The notes under the pieces are model-generated. The model was not told the DNA's origin. It did not search any database and worked only from the letters and a program-made list of their open reading frames with translations. A stretch of DNA of 64,000 nucleotides, from NCBI GenBank assembly GCA_965153285.1, contig OZ229112.1; one strand, 5' to 3'. Origin of the DNA: Podarcis tiliguerta (Eukaryota). The number at the start of each line of letters is the position of its first letter. Position 1 is the stretch's first letter. Below, in pieces: positions 1 through 13,230 of the stretch. A program made the translations under genes and the position numbers.

Positions 1-657
1 AAGAGGAATGGCAGCTTGGTTGAGGCATGCAGAGTTTATACACTAATTCTTCATTAAGTAAACTTCATTTTTAAAGACATAAAATGAGATTTTTAACGAA
101 GTAAAAATACTTCCCTACTGAAATATTTAAACTGCTCAACAGCTTAGCTAGAGCAACTTTATAACAACAGGAATATAAAGAATTTGGAATAACAAATTCC
201 TTTAAAACTAAATTACCTTTCAAACTGAATAAATCAGTTGAAAACTTTACTTATATTTGGTACCAAGGCAGGAAATAATGACACCAAACTTTACCAATTA
301 GAAAAGTTCTGAGAAGGATCAAGAGGTAGAGTCTTAACTTGTCAGGTGAAAGCAGTGAGGGGTGTGTGTAATCTATTAATGAATTAAAAGAGTGCTACAA
401 AACTTTACAAATTAATTATTGGTAGATTACAGAGCTGCTCCAGTGCTTCTGTAATGTGTTGAATAAGCTCTACCAGTAAGAAGTAATAAATGAAGCTGTT
501 AATTTTGCTCCATCCCTGGAGAATAACAGGAGAGGGTGCCAAATGTATCTGAGTTTATATGCAGTAGTAAAATCTAACTGTGCTGTTAATTAACCCTGCC
601 TCAAGCCCCTCCTGGCTGGAGGGCTTGCTAGGTGCGGTAACTGCTAGGATCACTCAC

Positions 658-807
658 CATTCATATTCTTAAAGATGTTTAAAATGGGGAGAATCTGTCG
701 ATAATAGGGCACTAAGGCTTCCCCCACCATGTCAGCTGACACAACCAGGTGCTGGAGAACTTTGAGCGTGATGCAGATGACCTGTCGGTTTCGAAGGTTC
801 AGCGCAT
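658..807 (-). CDS. PACRG: PACRG internal coding exon (150 nt, phase 1-1; equivalent to human exon 4)
   Basis: Translates to (N)[49 protein letters not shown], recognisably PACRG. Acceptor is a pyrimidine tract ending TTTATCAAAG at 808-809; donor is G|GTGAGT at 657-652. Frame joins the upstream exon (AAA A|AT GCG = K-N-A). Confidence 0.97.
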
Positions 808-2382
808 CTTTGATAAAGGAAAAGAGACAAGCAGAAAACAGAAGAATTAATTTCAGGAATGTACAAGGGAGGGGGAGAAATCCTCTAATGGACAAATTTA
901 ATTAAACTGTACTCTGCTGGGGATTGTAAGTGGGCCTTTATTAGCCCAGCTTTGAAGGAACCCAAAGATGGATTGCAGCCCCAATGTTATAAAACACTGC
1001 CTTGTCTGACTGTTATTTGTTCCCACAATTTGTGCTGACTCCTCACTAACCCCAAGAAGGCAGCTCATTATTCCTCCTTGCTGCCTATGTTACTGTTTCC
1101 AAAAAAGAAAGAAAGAAAAAAAGCTATCAGTAAGTACCACTGGGACTAATGGAACCGCGAAGGCAACCCGCAAATGTTGACAATAGAGACATTCTAATGC
1201 AACAATTAGCCTGTTTGTATCTGCTTGCTTAGCAATCGCTTTATTCATTTCAATTAACAATTCTTAGTATTTGAAGAACCAGCACAATGAGACAAATGTT
1301 TACAGAGAAAAGCTTGTAGGCTTCTTTTAAAAGACAAACAATCTGATAAAGAATAAGGATTCTTGCCTACTTGAGAAATTTTTGTGTAGTTTTAAGCAGC
1401 TGAATTTTGCTATGGCTTTCAATAATACCTTTTGTCTCCATTCACTTGTTTTATGTTTTATTTTTAAAGGAAGAATGTTGTATTCTCCCTTGTCTTAAAA
1501 GTCAATTATATTTTCAAATGTATAATTTGAATACAAATTATCCAAGTTATTGGCCTCCTCCGCCAAAATGATGCAGCCTTGGAACAAATGTTAAATACTG
1601 TAGGTTTAAATGTTTACCATGTGTTCACATTTTTGCAAAGTTGTAGCAGAATTTTTAAGCCCACTTGTACAGTTATGGAGGACTGTCTAATACTGATGGA
1701 TTAGCATATTATGAAGCCCAGCATTGTGAAATCCTTTTTCAAAATAACAACTAAATTTGAAAATATCATTGCACTACACTGTAATTTCAGAAAGACAATC
1801 AGAAGGGATATGCTATGTATATATGGCTGAACTTGAATATTATGAATACAGAATGATTTCTATGTGAAGGAAATGTAGATGCAAACATCAATAATCACGA
1901 TTAAACAGCTCACAGCTTTATTAAATAGAATGAACTATTCAGGATAGCATGGAAGAGGTGTGACTCTAACTTTGTTGTATTACCAGGGAGACTGGCATGG
2001 ACATACTAGGGGAGATGTCCCCCTGGCAAAATCACTTCACCCTTCAGCTAACCTGAGATCGACATTTCCCTTGTAGGTTCCTCATTTGAGGCAACTGTAA
2101 TCTCCAAGGGTTGAACTGCTGCAGTTGGCATGCCGTTTCTTACAATTAAAATATCATTTTATACCCTTCTTTATGAAGTAAAAAAACCTCCACTTTCCCA
2201 GTACCAAAAAAATTATCTGCTCCACTATCTAAGAAACTATTTTATATAAGAATGTAGTAATTTAATTATTATAAATATGCCAGTGTTAATAACTTAATAT
2301 ACATAAGGATTTAAGTAAAGATAACCCTGCCAAAGCCTAGCTTCATTTTGACTTATGGGAGCTAGAGAGGAGTTACAACAAG

Positions 2383-2466
2383 CCTGCAAAACCATATCCA
2401 CTTACCTGGGAGTAAGCCCCATTCAGCTTAATGTGACTTACTACTGAATGCATAGGATTGCGCTGT
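2383..2466. repeat. ~90-bp imperfect-palindromic MITE-like repeat (one of ~10 copies)
   Basis: Core cttacctgggagtaagccccattcagcttaatgtgacttac...ataggattgcgctg recurs across the window (see findings). Confidence 0.65.
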
Positions 2467-2476
2467 TAATGTATTA

Positions 2477-2849
2477 AGGTAAAAAAGGTAAAGGTAAAGG
2501 ACCCCTGGATGGTTAAAGTCCAGTCAAAGGCAACTATGGGGTAGTGGCGCTCATCTCGATTCAGGCCGAGGGAGCAGGCATTTGTCCACAGACAGCTTTC
2601 TGGGTCATGTGGCCAGCATCACTAAGCCGCTTCTGGCACAACGGGACATGGTGACGGAAACCAGAGCTGTTTACCTTCCCACCATAGAGTTACCTATTTA
2701 TCTACTTGCACTGACATGCCTTCAAGCTGCTAGGTTGGCAGAAGCTTGGACAGAGTAACAGGAGCTCACCCTGTCGAAGGGATTCGAACCGCCGGCCTTC
2801 TGATCGGCAAGCCCAAGAACGGTTTAGACCACAGCGCCGCCCACGTCCC
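2477..2849 (-). mobile_element. Sauria SINE, near full length
   Basis: (ACCTTT)n tail seen as aaggtaaagg; tRNA-like head with B-box (ggattcgaacc) ending cgtccc; 13-bp TSD tgttaatgtatta at 2464-2476 and 2852-2864. Confidence 0.92.
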
Positions 2850-5800
2850 ATTGTTAATGTATTACTCAACATAATTATACATTACTGTGGCAATTCAAAG
2901 CCTTATTTATGCCTTGTAACTTGTTTTGTCAAAAGAAAATGACCAGATGTTCCACTTAGGGCCATATGAGAACATTAACAGAGAGGAACAGCTTGAGTGC
3001 ATAACCTTTCACAGGGCTATTTAGTACCAAACCTTCCAGTTCTTAACAGGCCAAAGGAAAAAAAATTAACTTCTCCCCATATTTCATTATTTGTTGCTGT
3101 AAGTCACTGACCAAAAGCAGTTTCTCTTGTATATATACTCTAACTCTAACTGTTCCGGATCATTTAAGATTCTTCCTTTTCCTTGAGTAATGCTTTTGAC
3201 ATCTAATGGATAAAGAGACAGAAACCAACCAGAGCAGATTTTTTGTTGTTGTTGTTGGATAGCTTGAAGGAATCTGTCACTCTCTAAGATGCCAAATACT
3301 GTAAAAAATAATGATGCTACCTTCCCTCACTAAACAGAATTTTACACCAGAGAATGTGTCTGTGTTCTGCAATATACAATCTCATTAAAAACGTAAAACA
3401 TTACAATAGTGATAGTGGCGGTGCTGGGAATCTTTTTAATGAAAACAGTTTTATGAAGGCTCACTTTCCCTCAAGGAAGTCAATAGAGTATATAGACAAT
3501 GCCAGATCAAATTATTTTTTTCTTCAAATGTCCATATTAAAGTTCTATGTGATTAGCAAGAATCCTGACAATACTATGAGTTACAATGACTTTGTTGAAT
3601 TGTATTGTTTTGATGAATTTGTTGCTATTTGCTTTATGATACTGTCTTTGATATTATAGTGACTGAAGTGTTTGTTGGGTTTTTAATAAATATTATTGTG
3701 ATTATTATTTTACCCAGGATGCAGAGCACATGGATTTTCCCTACCCCAAAATTTATCCTCACAATAACCTTGTGGTGTTAAGAGATGGCTAGTGAGCTTC
3801 ATAACGTCCTGGACTAATACAGGACATCCTATTATGTAGTATTGAATCAATATGGAATCAATACAATTATCGTCACCAAACTATGCATTGATATTAAATA
3901 TTTTTATCACATCAGTCATCATTTTCAAAACAACGCCCTGCAAGTCCTGGAGTAACATTTTCATTTGGAATATTGCACTGATGGAACAAAACTGTGCTAC
4001 ACCCCTATTTGGCCAATTGTTTGATTGCTTCTATTTATTATTCTCCATCTTTCCATTCAGTCTCCATGACCATATGTTTCTCCAGTCCAACTTTCCCCCC
4101 TGCTAATTTGATCTCCAGTTGTTCTTAACACCTGAATTTTGTTCCTTCTGTTCCTCATTTCTATAGTAGACTTTTCTTCAAGATTATCCAGCCCCTTCCA
4201 AAAAATTCCATGCTGAACAGTTCTTTCCTACCTTTTGTTCCTATTTCGGCAATTGTTAGAGGAACTAGGATTTAATTAACCCTTCAGACATGGTTGTGCA
4301 GAAGCATTAGTTTAATATACTTGTGACAGTATCTTCATATAGTAGCTATGCTTGATGGGAAATGATAACAGGAAATTCTGCTTCTTACAACACTAAGAAT
4401 TGCTGAAGTGACTTTTTCTAAGCTACAGAATCCAATTTAGACATGGTAATTGCAAATGCACTTTTTCAGCTATTGAATGTCAATGCTCCAGTATTTCACA
4501 ACCTTTGATAAAAGAGATGGTTACTTCAAGATAAGTCATCTAGGTCAAATTTGGTTTTTTTATAAAAACACCCCATTGATTTTAATGGAGCCTGAATTCC
4601 TTAATAGGGAATCGATTAAGAATTTAGGGTGCCATTTTAAGTCACACCAGTTTCTAGTGCCAGCTTTGAGGGGGTCCTGGGCAAGGAGCCCTAATGCACC
4701 ACATTAGTGCTCCCTGCAATCTTACCAAGCAGCTTATATTGGCAGGTAGTAGCACTGAAAAAAGCAATGCTAAAACAATTTTTTATGGCTCAGCACTGAA
4801 CTGGGTGGTGCAGCCACCAGGAACTAGGAGTCTGATGGCGGTGATCAGAGGACAACATAACATGAAGCAGGTAAGCAGGAGCTCACTGAACCAGATGGCA
4901 CAGCACCAGGGCTTCTAGAACCAGAGTTGGAACCATTACAGTGGTCTGCTGGACCTTAGGAACCAAATGCCTCCCAGGCTTCCACATAACCTCACCAGTC
5001 CAGCAGCACAAGGAAGCACCAGGTGGGACACTAGGGAAAGTAGGAGGAATGTCCATCAACAAGCCAGAGAATGGCCTTTGAAGAGACCTGAGTTCTCCAA
5101 AAGTGAGTAGAACCTAGAAGAGATGGAATGGAGGCAGAGGCTCAAAAGTCCTCATTTCACTTGCTCACCAGGAGGTCTCCAATTTGCCTTATTCTGTGGG
5201 GTCATTTGCAGGAAAATAACAATTCCGATCTCCTGAGCAGACACCAACCCTTCCAAATGGTAAAATTTAAAAAAAATCACAATTTTTCAGGCACAATTGG
5301 GGAGGAGCAGTTTGGTCACTCAACAGTGATGTCATGGGCAGCCATATAATAGTTCTAGCATGCAACCACTTTCCACATAAAACTAATGAGCTCAATCTTA
5401 GGACACACTAGCTAGGAAAAATATGATGTGAGTATTGAGGAAATGCAATACTCCTACAAGAGAAGTACGATGTGAAGGAAAGATATGAGGACACCCATGA
5501 ACATATGGCAACTGTGAATTTAAAGTATGCAGGGATTGTCCAAACAATTAGGTATAGAGCAGTATAATTTGAGGTTTCTGTAAATCCCTCAGTAGGGAAC
5601 AGAACCCCAATATATACACATTGTAGAGTCCAGGGGTAACAGATCTGACATGTGGAAGCAATCGTGTGTTGCTATCCATCACCACCCAAGGTTTCCCTGC
5701 TGCAGGTCCTTTTGCCTTTCACCACACAAATGAATGGACCAAAGTGTCTATCTATTACTTGGCTTCATTTAGCTGAATGGAGGCAGTGCAAAAGGGCTTC

Positions 5801-7290
5801 AAACAGGGGGTGGGGTGGGATAAAGGAACTATGAAGGGAGCGACTTAGAGCACTTAGAGCAGCAAAGCAGCTTCTGCTGGCCCTTCCTGTGTGAAACAAC
5901 TTTTATCTGGAAAAGCTCAAAGGCACAGAGAGCTGGATTTCAAGAAATTCCCAGATCAATCTAGATTCTGTTAGAAAGGCATCTTGTCTTGATTTAAACA
6001 GTTAAGATAAAGTAAAATATCCACCTCCCTAGACAGTACATTTACAAACTGTTAACATTTGCACTCTGTAATCTATATATTTTAACCTTTCTTGATATAT
6101 CAGTCCCTGCAGGCCATCCCCTGAATTTCTTCCCTGTTCTTGAGCTGTTTTCATGTGTTCTAAAAATACTTTTACAAGGCATTTTGAAAGGCCAGAAAGG
6201 CAGTGGAGTCTTACAAAATGTGAAACAATGTGAGCTGATTACATGAAGCCTAAAACACATTTGGGTGTAGTTTAATTGTCTTATCAAGTTTTAACTGCAA
6301 GAGCTGAATTAATCCTTTGTTATTCCTTTCTTGTTTATCTTCATTCCATAACTATACTCTCAACCACCCTCACTCAAACAACCTTTCAATGGGAATCAGC
6401 TGCTTTATAGCTACTGGAGGCTGATTCAGATACTTGCCCAGAAGGGGTGAAGCTCTTTCGTTCTATCGGTTTTTTCTCAGACTGCCCTTGGTAGTGGGTG
6501 GGTGGTGGCAACCCAATTATTGTTCCCTATTTGTGAGGTGGAAGAAGATGGGAGTCTCCCTGCATTCAGCCTTGGTACAAGAAGAGCAAAATGGGGTGAG
6601 GGGGAGAAAGATGAAGATACTCAGATGGTCATCAGCTTCAACTGACAGCAGAAGAAGGTTTTGCAACATTTGTACATTTGACAAGCACTCTGGAAATTGT
6701 TATTATCTGTGGATATAGGGAGCTGAAAGAGAGGGATATTTGAGAGATTTCCAAAGGAGACTTACCTAGTAGTACTATGTCAGCAGATTATTTGGATGAG
6801 ATAAAAATGCATATTGGACAAAGTTCACAAATATTTCAAGGCAGTAGCATTTCAAGGTAGAGTCTGGAGTAGAGCAGCGGGGTCAGCGCCACACAGATGC
6901 ACCAGTGGAATTGCTTCTGCCAATCTTATGCTTGCAGTAGTGTACAAACACTACCCTGATCTCATCACCATCCCTTTGCAGTGCCGTTCATGTAAGCAGC
7001 AGTGTGGAGAGCTCTGTCACACCATACATACCCTACTGTTCTCATCTCAACACTTCTTGGTTTAATTAACTCTCATTCCCCATTAAATCTGAACTGGAAA
7101 ACTATGATTACTAGGACTGGAACAAGCCAGGATCTTAAACCACAGTTACTTCTGATCCTAATAACTATAGTTTCAGGGTTCATGTGTAATTGGAAACTAT
7201 GGTTAATTAACCCAGGAAGTGCTGAACTGCAGTCCACCTTTAAGAGAGAGAGGAAGGAAGGAAGGAAGGAAGGAGGGAGAAGGGGAAGAG

Positions 7291-7507
7291 TTTGGATTTG
7301 ATATCCTGCTTTGTCACTACCCTAAGGAGTCTCAAAGCAGATAACATTCTCTTTTCCCTTCCTCCCCCACAACAAACACTCTGTGAGGTGAGTGGGGCTG
7401 AGAGACTTCAAAGAAGTGTGACTGGCCCAAGGTCACCCAGCAGCTGCGTGTGGAGGAGCGGAGACGCGAACCAGGTTCACCAGATTAACCACTACACCAC
7501 ACTGGCA
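7291..7507 (-). mobile_element. MIR/Ther1-derived CORE-SINE (Squam3-like)
   Basis: Reverse complement starts gccagtgtggtgtagtggtt (tRNA head), has the CORE-like ctgggtgaccttgggccagtcac and an L2-type 3' end. Confidence 0.75.
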
Positions 7508-8024
7508 CACCATCTTTGCACTGGTGATGCGAAGATGAACCATAAGAGAACCAAGTCTCATACATATCTGTTTAATATATACAGCTAAACCAGGCCATTA
7601 TCATGCTGATGTGAAAAGACCTGACGTTAGGAATAAAGATGACTAATGTGCTTAAAAATAGCAAAGAAAATGAAGATAAAGCCATTAAAAACTTTTTTGG
7701 GGTACTTTTTCACCTTTCGTTTCTGAGTGCTTTTCATACGATGGCTGGATGGGGACTAGAAGAAAAAGGGAAGTCTGGTAATTTAATTTATTATTTACTA
7801 AGAGCAGCATTAGAGTCAGGGAATTCAGACAGCACAATTTTATGGGATTCAGGTACCAAATGTGTGATTGAAGGCAAAAGGCTTCTGGTCTTCTATCTCA
7901 CAATTGACTCAGATTTGCCATCATCCACTTGAAAGCCTGTCATGCTTTATTGCTTAATTAGTAACTTGTCAAAAAGCTTGAATGTATAACTTCAATGTTA
8001 GCTTTCCTCCATATGCACACTTAC

Positions 8025-8196
8025 TTTTTATTGGGATAATGAGCTGAGGAATGACAGGAAGGATCTTGTTCCCTCCATGCTCCAGCATGTCATGGATGCC
8101 TTGCCGAGCAAAAAACTCATAGGGAAATTGCATTTCACATAGACCATCGAAAAACAGTGGCAGATAGTGATGATAGTCCAGCTTCTCTATCTCCAC
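8025..8196 (-). CDS. PACRG: PACRG internal coding exon (172 nt, phase 0-1; equivalent to human exon 3)
   Basis: Translates to [57 protein letters not shown], the conserved PACRG core. Acceptor TTCCAG|GTG at 8197 with polypyrimidine tract and a CTTAAC branch-like motif; donor A|GTAAGT at 8024. Confidence 0.98.
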
Positions 8197-9560
8197 CTGG
8201 AAGTGCACACAGGGGAGAAAAAAGAAATCTAAGTTAAGCCTACATGATGTCCAGACGAACCAAAGGACTCATGACACAGTTTTATTGAGCAATACAAAAT
8301 TTAGTGTCCACTAGACTATGCCAAGATGCCAAGTGTAATGTTTGCAGAATGATGGATTCCTTCGTTCCTGCCCAGTAGAACAAAAGCAATGATGTTTAAA
8401 AGTTTGTATTTTTACATTATTATTTCTGAATATTATTTGATATGATTGATCCAGAGAAAAAGGCTCTGAATCAGTATGGAGGTATGCTTCCAATGAAGAA
8501 TAAGGTTGAGTCTAACAGGTAACTGATTCATCAAATGCAAGTCTGACACAACTGAAAGGCCAAATTAGTTATAACTGTAAGAATATTCATGATATGCCCA
8601 CAACAACAGAAGATTCAACCAGAGACATTTAGATGCTTACTTTGGTAACTCTTAAAGTACACATCTGAATTTTTGATCTTGTATCTCCTCTGGGAAGTTA
8701 TCAGATAAAGAAATGAGCTGAAAACATAATGATTAGAATAATAATACAGGTTTCGGCTGGAATCTTAACCCCATTTACATGGGAGCAAGCCCTAATGACT
8801 TCAATAGGACTTATTTCTGCAGAGACATGATTAGGATTGTGCATTCAGCAACTGTGGTCAGGATAAATTTTCTGTGCAACATTCTGCAACATGAAATAGG
8901 ATATAATGTCTAGACCAATGCCAATCCTTTATTTGGAAAGGATAAATGCAAATATTGAGAATAAACTATGTATTTTATTGAAGTTGACATTTAAATTATG
9001 AGATAAGTCATTCATTGAAGTAAAAAAAACCCTGCATTCTTCCATTTTTTCCAGCATCTTGCAGAACACATTTTTAATAATGTTGACATCTAAGAATGCT
9101 CCCTCTAGATTAATAGTTTCAATGTGAGAGAACCAAGTCCATCAAACACAACTTTGAAGTCAAGTTTAATTTGGCTTTATTTCATTACAACAGACCATAT
9201 TGCTTCAGAACTATTATCAAATTCAAATTATTGTCTATTGTTTTCATTAATACACAGAGTAATCCCATGGAAGTAAGGGGGGAGGGAGAATCCTTGGCAG
9301 AGCTACTACCATTTCTTAAGCTTGTTGGCTCAATGTGGCAAGAATAAGAAATGGGATAGCTTTCCCCTTTTTATTTCCCCTGTATCAAAACCCACCCAAT
9401 GACACCAACGGGAGGGAAAATACCTCAGCTACAAGACTGATAGCGTTCTTGGCCCTTTGGGAGGGTGTCAAGGAAATAAGGGTTGGAGGGGTCATAAATG
9501 TTTTTATTAATTAAAGCTTTTATAATTTTACATTAAGATGAAGAAAAATTGGGGGGGAAA

Positions 9561-9797
9561 GAGCCAGTGCAGAGTAATGGTTCGAGTGTTGGACTAAGAC
9601 TTGGGAGAGCAGGGTTCGAATCCCAACTCCTCTGTGAAGCTCACTGGGTGACCTTGACCAGTCACCATCTCTTAGCCTAACCTACCTCACAAGGTTGCAG
9701 ATGTGAGGATGAAATGGGGAAGAGGAGAACCATGTATGCCACCTTGAGATCCTTGGAAGACAAAGGTGGTGTATAAATAAAATAAAATAAAATAAAA
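9561..9797 (+). mobile_element. MIR/Ther1-like CORE-SINE
   Basis: tRNA head with B-box gggttcgaatccc, CORE ctgggtgaccttg...cctacctcacaaggttg, (AAAAT)n tail. Confidence 0.8.
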
Positions 9798-12700
9798 TTA
9801 TACAGAGTTAAATCATGATTACAAAGCATCATGGCACAGCTGAGGAAAGGAAACAAAAATGTGACAAGGTGGTTGTTTTTTTATACTGAGTGCATACTGC
9901 TAGCATACCTCTGTCCCTCGTGCAACAGAAAACCGTGAATGGTACTTCTATGCTTCAAGCTTTCCATGGTGGTACTGGAGGCACCTCCAAGGATGTTTGT
10001 GCCATTTCAGAAGCAGAGCTCATCTCATCCAGCCGAATGGCAGCTACATTCTAAGGGCTCTTCAGCTGACTGTAGGACTGCAGCCATAGTTGGTCAATAA
10101 TTCTCCTGGTTTGACCTACATTAAACTAGCTTGCTTTTTCATGAGAAATGGCCAATCTTGGATTAGATTTGCCAAACCTCTTTGAGAGTTGTGTTTCCAA
10201 GATACAGCTGTCCCCAACGTTTGTTGCGACTAGCAACTGGTACCACTTTGGTAACGGTTTAAATGATATTGGATTTCTTGAAGAATCTGCTGGGCGGGTG
10301 TGAAGCCAACTGTTCTTTATCTCGCAGTGTTTAATGTCCTCCCACAACATGGAATCCAGAAATATTTTAGCATTAAATTCCACAGTGTGAAACCTTTTAC
10401 TTTTGTGTTTATTATTTAGCTTTGAAAAGTGTCTATTAAGCAAACATGCCAAGATAAATAGGATTTTTTGTTAACACCCACAACAGGCTTCTACATTTTT
10501 CAGTTCATCCCACAAAAACTATTTTGAATCAAAACTAAAAAAATCCTTGGCTACACTTAACCGTGTCTGCTGAGACACTGCTAACAGCTGTCTGTAGATA
10601 CTCCCTCTTATAAAGAGAACAAAAGTTACTACAAACTATGCATATAACAAATGTATAAACCACAAAGCCAAACAGTAAGCAGAAGATCAGCAATCACCCT
10701 TTCTCTGAATTTTCTCACCATCATTTATTTCCAAATTAAGTTTTCCTGTGCTTCTGGAGCTACGGCCAAAATAGCACCAAACACCCACAAGACTGAGGTA
10801 GCAGCAGACTCAGGAGCCTCTGATTTAGCTAGAAGAGCTACAGAAGAATTTGTGTAAATTTCATTTGTTGTGATTTTTTATAAGTGTACCTTTTAATATT
10901 TATTACAAAGTGAACTTCAGTACAACATTTTGTATCCTCAGGGTAGCTCCCAGGGTCATTCTTCCAAGTACATACATATCACTGGAATGAGTCATTCATG
11001 CACCTTCCTGATAGATAGTTTCTTGGCTATTTGTCATTGATGGAGCTGTCTCCAATCCAATTGCATGAATGACCCATTTGTTTTTACATGAGTGCACACA
11101 TGGGAATTGCTCTAGGATGCAAATGCCACATAGAACTTGGCTTTTTATATTGGTATCATAGGAAAAAATTGTATTGTTACCCCTTAGCACCTCAACTTTT
11201 TAAAACAATAACAACAACAAATATTTTAAAACAATAACAACAACAAATATTTCTACTCAGTAAATACCAGAGAGAAAGATGCAGCTCAGGACCACAAAGG
11301 CATGGTCACTGGGTGTATAAAGATGTTATAGAGGTGTATATACCCTAAGCAATTATTTATAAAATTACCTTGCTCTATGGCAGAGATCCTAATGTGATGA
11401 TATTGAAAAGCATGACTTGTATTTTCCTCTACTCATATGTGAATGCTAATGCACATTATCTATGTCATTGCCTTTTTCTTTAAAGTGAGAATTCACAGTA
11501 GGAAAAAATGTCACTCTTTTCTGCTGGTTTCCATTTCTTTTTCAGTATCTCCCTAAAGATCCCCTGAGGAATCCCTTAAAAGCGAGCCATAGAGCATGGT
11601 TTACGTGAAAGAGAGAGACATGTAGACTCTTTTTAAGCAACAACAGAAAAGGGCCACGGTCAATGGAGGTCTACAAATAACATACTTTGTGGCAGATGAG
11701 GACCTGAAATCCTTCTTGGCTGTCAGATTCTGAAGGCAGATTCTGGAACTGCCAGCCACTCACCCCCAGCTGCAAATCTCAGAACAAACCATTAATAGGC
11801 CAATCATTTGAGTCCACAATACCAACCAGCCCAATGAAATTGTGATCCAATGCTCACCCAACACCAAGTACAAAACAGAAAGTCTGGACTCTGGGGGCGG
11901 GGAGAAATCAGACTGCTCATACTAGGCAGCAGCACCCAAACCACACAGCTCTGCTACTGACATATTGAGAGAAGAGATATACAGATGCCTTTGTAATCTT
12001 CCAGGGGGGAAATAAAAGCTCATATTATGCTGCTTTATCTCCCCCAGATTCATGCACAGAGATCAGAACTTCAGGCCCAAAATTCAGTACTAAAGGGTTC
12101 GTCTTCAGAGCCTTAACTTAATGGAACTCTACCTAGAAGATTTTTCCAAGTTTAATCCCAGGCTATGTATGGCCTCCCAAGAGAAAGGTTAGTTAAAGCC
12201 TCACATATTTGAGATGGATGAGCAAGTGTCTCAGCAGCAAACCAAGCCATACAACAAGTAAACTTTGGAGATGAGATCATTCCATTAATCAGTGTAACTT
12301 GCTAAAATTTATTTAAAAACCATATTTTAAATCTTACAAGCTTCCTGATTTTCACCTACAAAGTGTAAGAAAAACAACAAGCTGACAGATATCTCTGAAG
12401 AGAGCACACTACCACCGGCAAGAAAAGGAAGAGAATTGACTGATAAGCAGCCAGCTATTTCCTGGTTATTGTAAAGAAAATTAATAGCCTTCTTATGGAA
12501 TCTTAAGCTCTGTATTGTTATTTGAGTTGGGGATCAATCCTACACCCATAATGTTGATGGCTGGGGGCAGGGTGGTGGTAAGATGAAACATGGACCCCTC
12601 TGCTGGTGAAGAGGAGAACTACTGAAGAGTGGGCCTCCACCATGATAGAACATGCCCCTAAATGGGGCTTTTGGGGAGATGAGCCATTGCAAGCCAAGGG

Positions 12701-13085
12701 GTCCAGTCTAGGCTCCTCTGCTATGCAGCCTGCAACTAGCCTAGCAAAAACTCAATGAAACTGCTCCCTCGCATTCCACCCTGACCAGTAAGAATCAGCA
12801 AGGTTTCGGATGCAGTGGTGGTTCTGCAGCTCTAATGGTTTTCTGTCCAGGATTAGGATTATTCTGCCCTTCTGCCTTGGACAAAGATATAGAATCACAC
12901 AGTGAAAGCATAATTATATTGCTAGGGACCATACACAATGTCATGCATAAAGAGTGAATGAGGGGTTAGCAAAATTGTGGAAAAAAAAGGAAGGCTACAG
13001 GAATTAAATGTAGCTTTGACCTCAGTGATCCCGACCAATCTGTCAGAACAGAAGGCAATGATAGCTATGTTCTACTCCACTACCA

Positions 13086-13230
13086 GAGGCCTCTAAATAC
13101 CAGTTGCTGGGAAGAGTGGTGGAGTACTCAGGTCCTGCTTATAGACAGTTGGTGGACCATCCTGTTAACAGAATGCTAGAGCAGATGGACCTTTGGCCTG
13201 ATTCAGCAAGGCTTTTCTTATGTTCTTATG
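13086..13230 (+). mobile_element. Old CR1-type LINE 3' end
   Basis: agatggacctttggcctgattcagcaaggcttttcttatgttcttatg tail; similar copies at ~45600 and ~54557. Confidence 0.6.

Larger units (their letters stand above)
808..8024 (-). other. PACRG: PACRG intron (7217 nt, GT-AG, phase 1)
   Basis: Bounded by the GTAAGT donor at 8024 and the AG acceptor at 808-809 of the two exons. Confidence 0.93.

Noticed and set aside
650-895. ORF-track extensions of the PACRG exons (MSIRGFL..., MHFQ..., ...SKCAYGG)
   Set aside because: Intronic read-through beyond clear splice sites; only 658-807 and 8025-8196 match PACRG.
9561-9640. tRNA-like A/B boxes here and in the Sauria SINE heads
   Set aside because: They are SINE heads continuing into CORE/LINE-derived bodies, with no complete cloverleaf.
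11198-11249. Perfect 26-bp tandem duplication (also 15-bp pairs at 27485-27514 and 52866-52895)
   Set aside because: Two-unit slippage duplications with no spacers; not a CRISPR-like or functional array.
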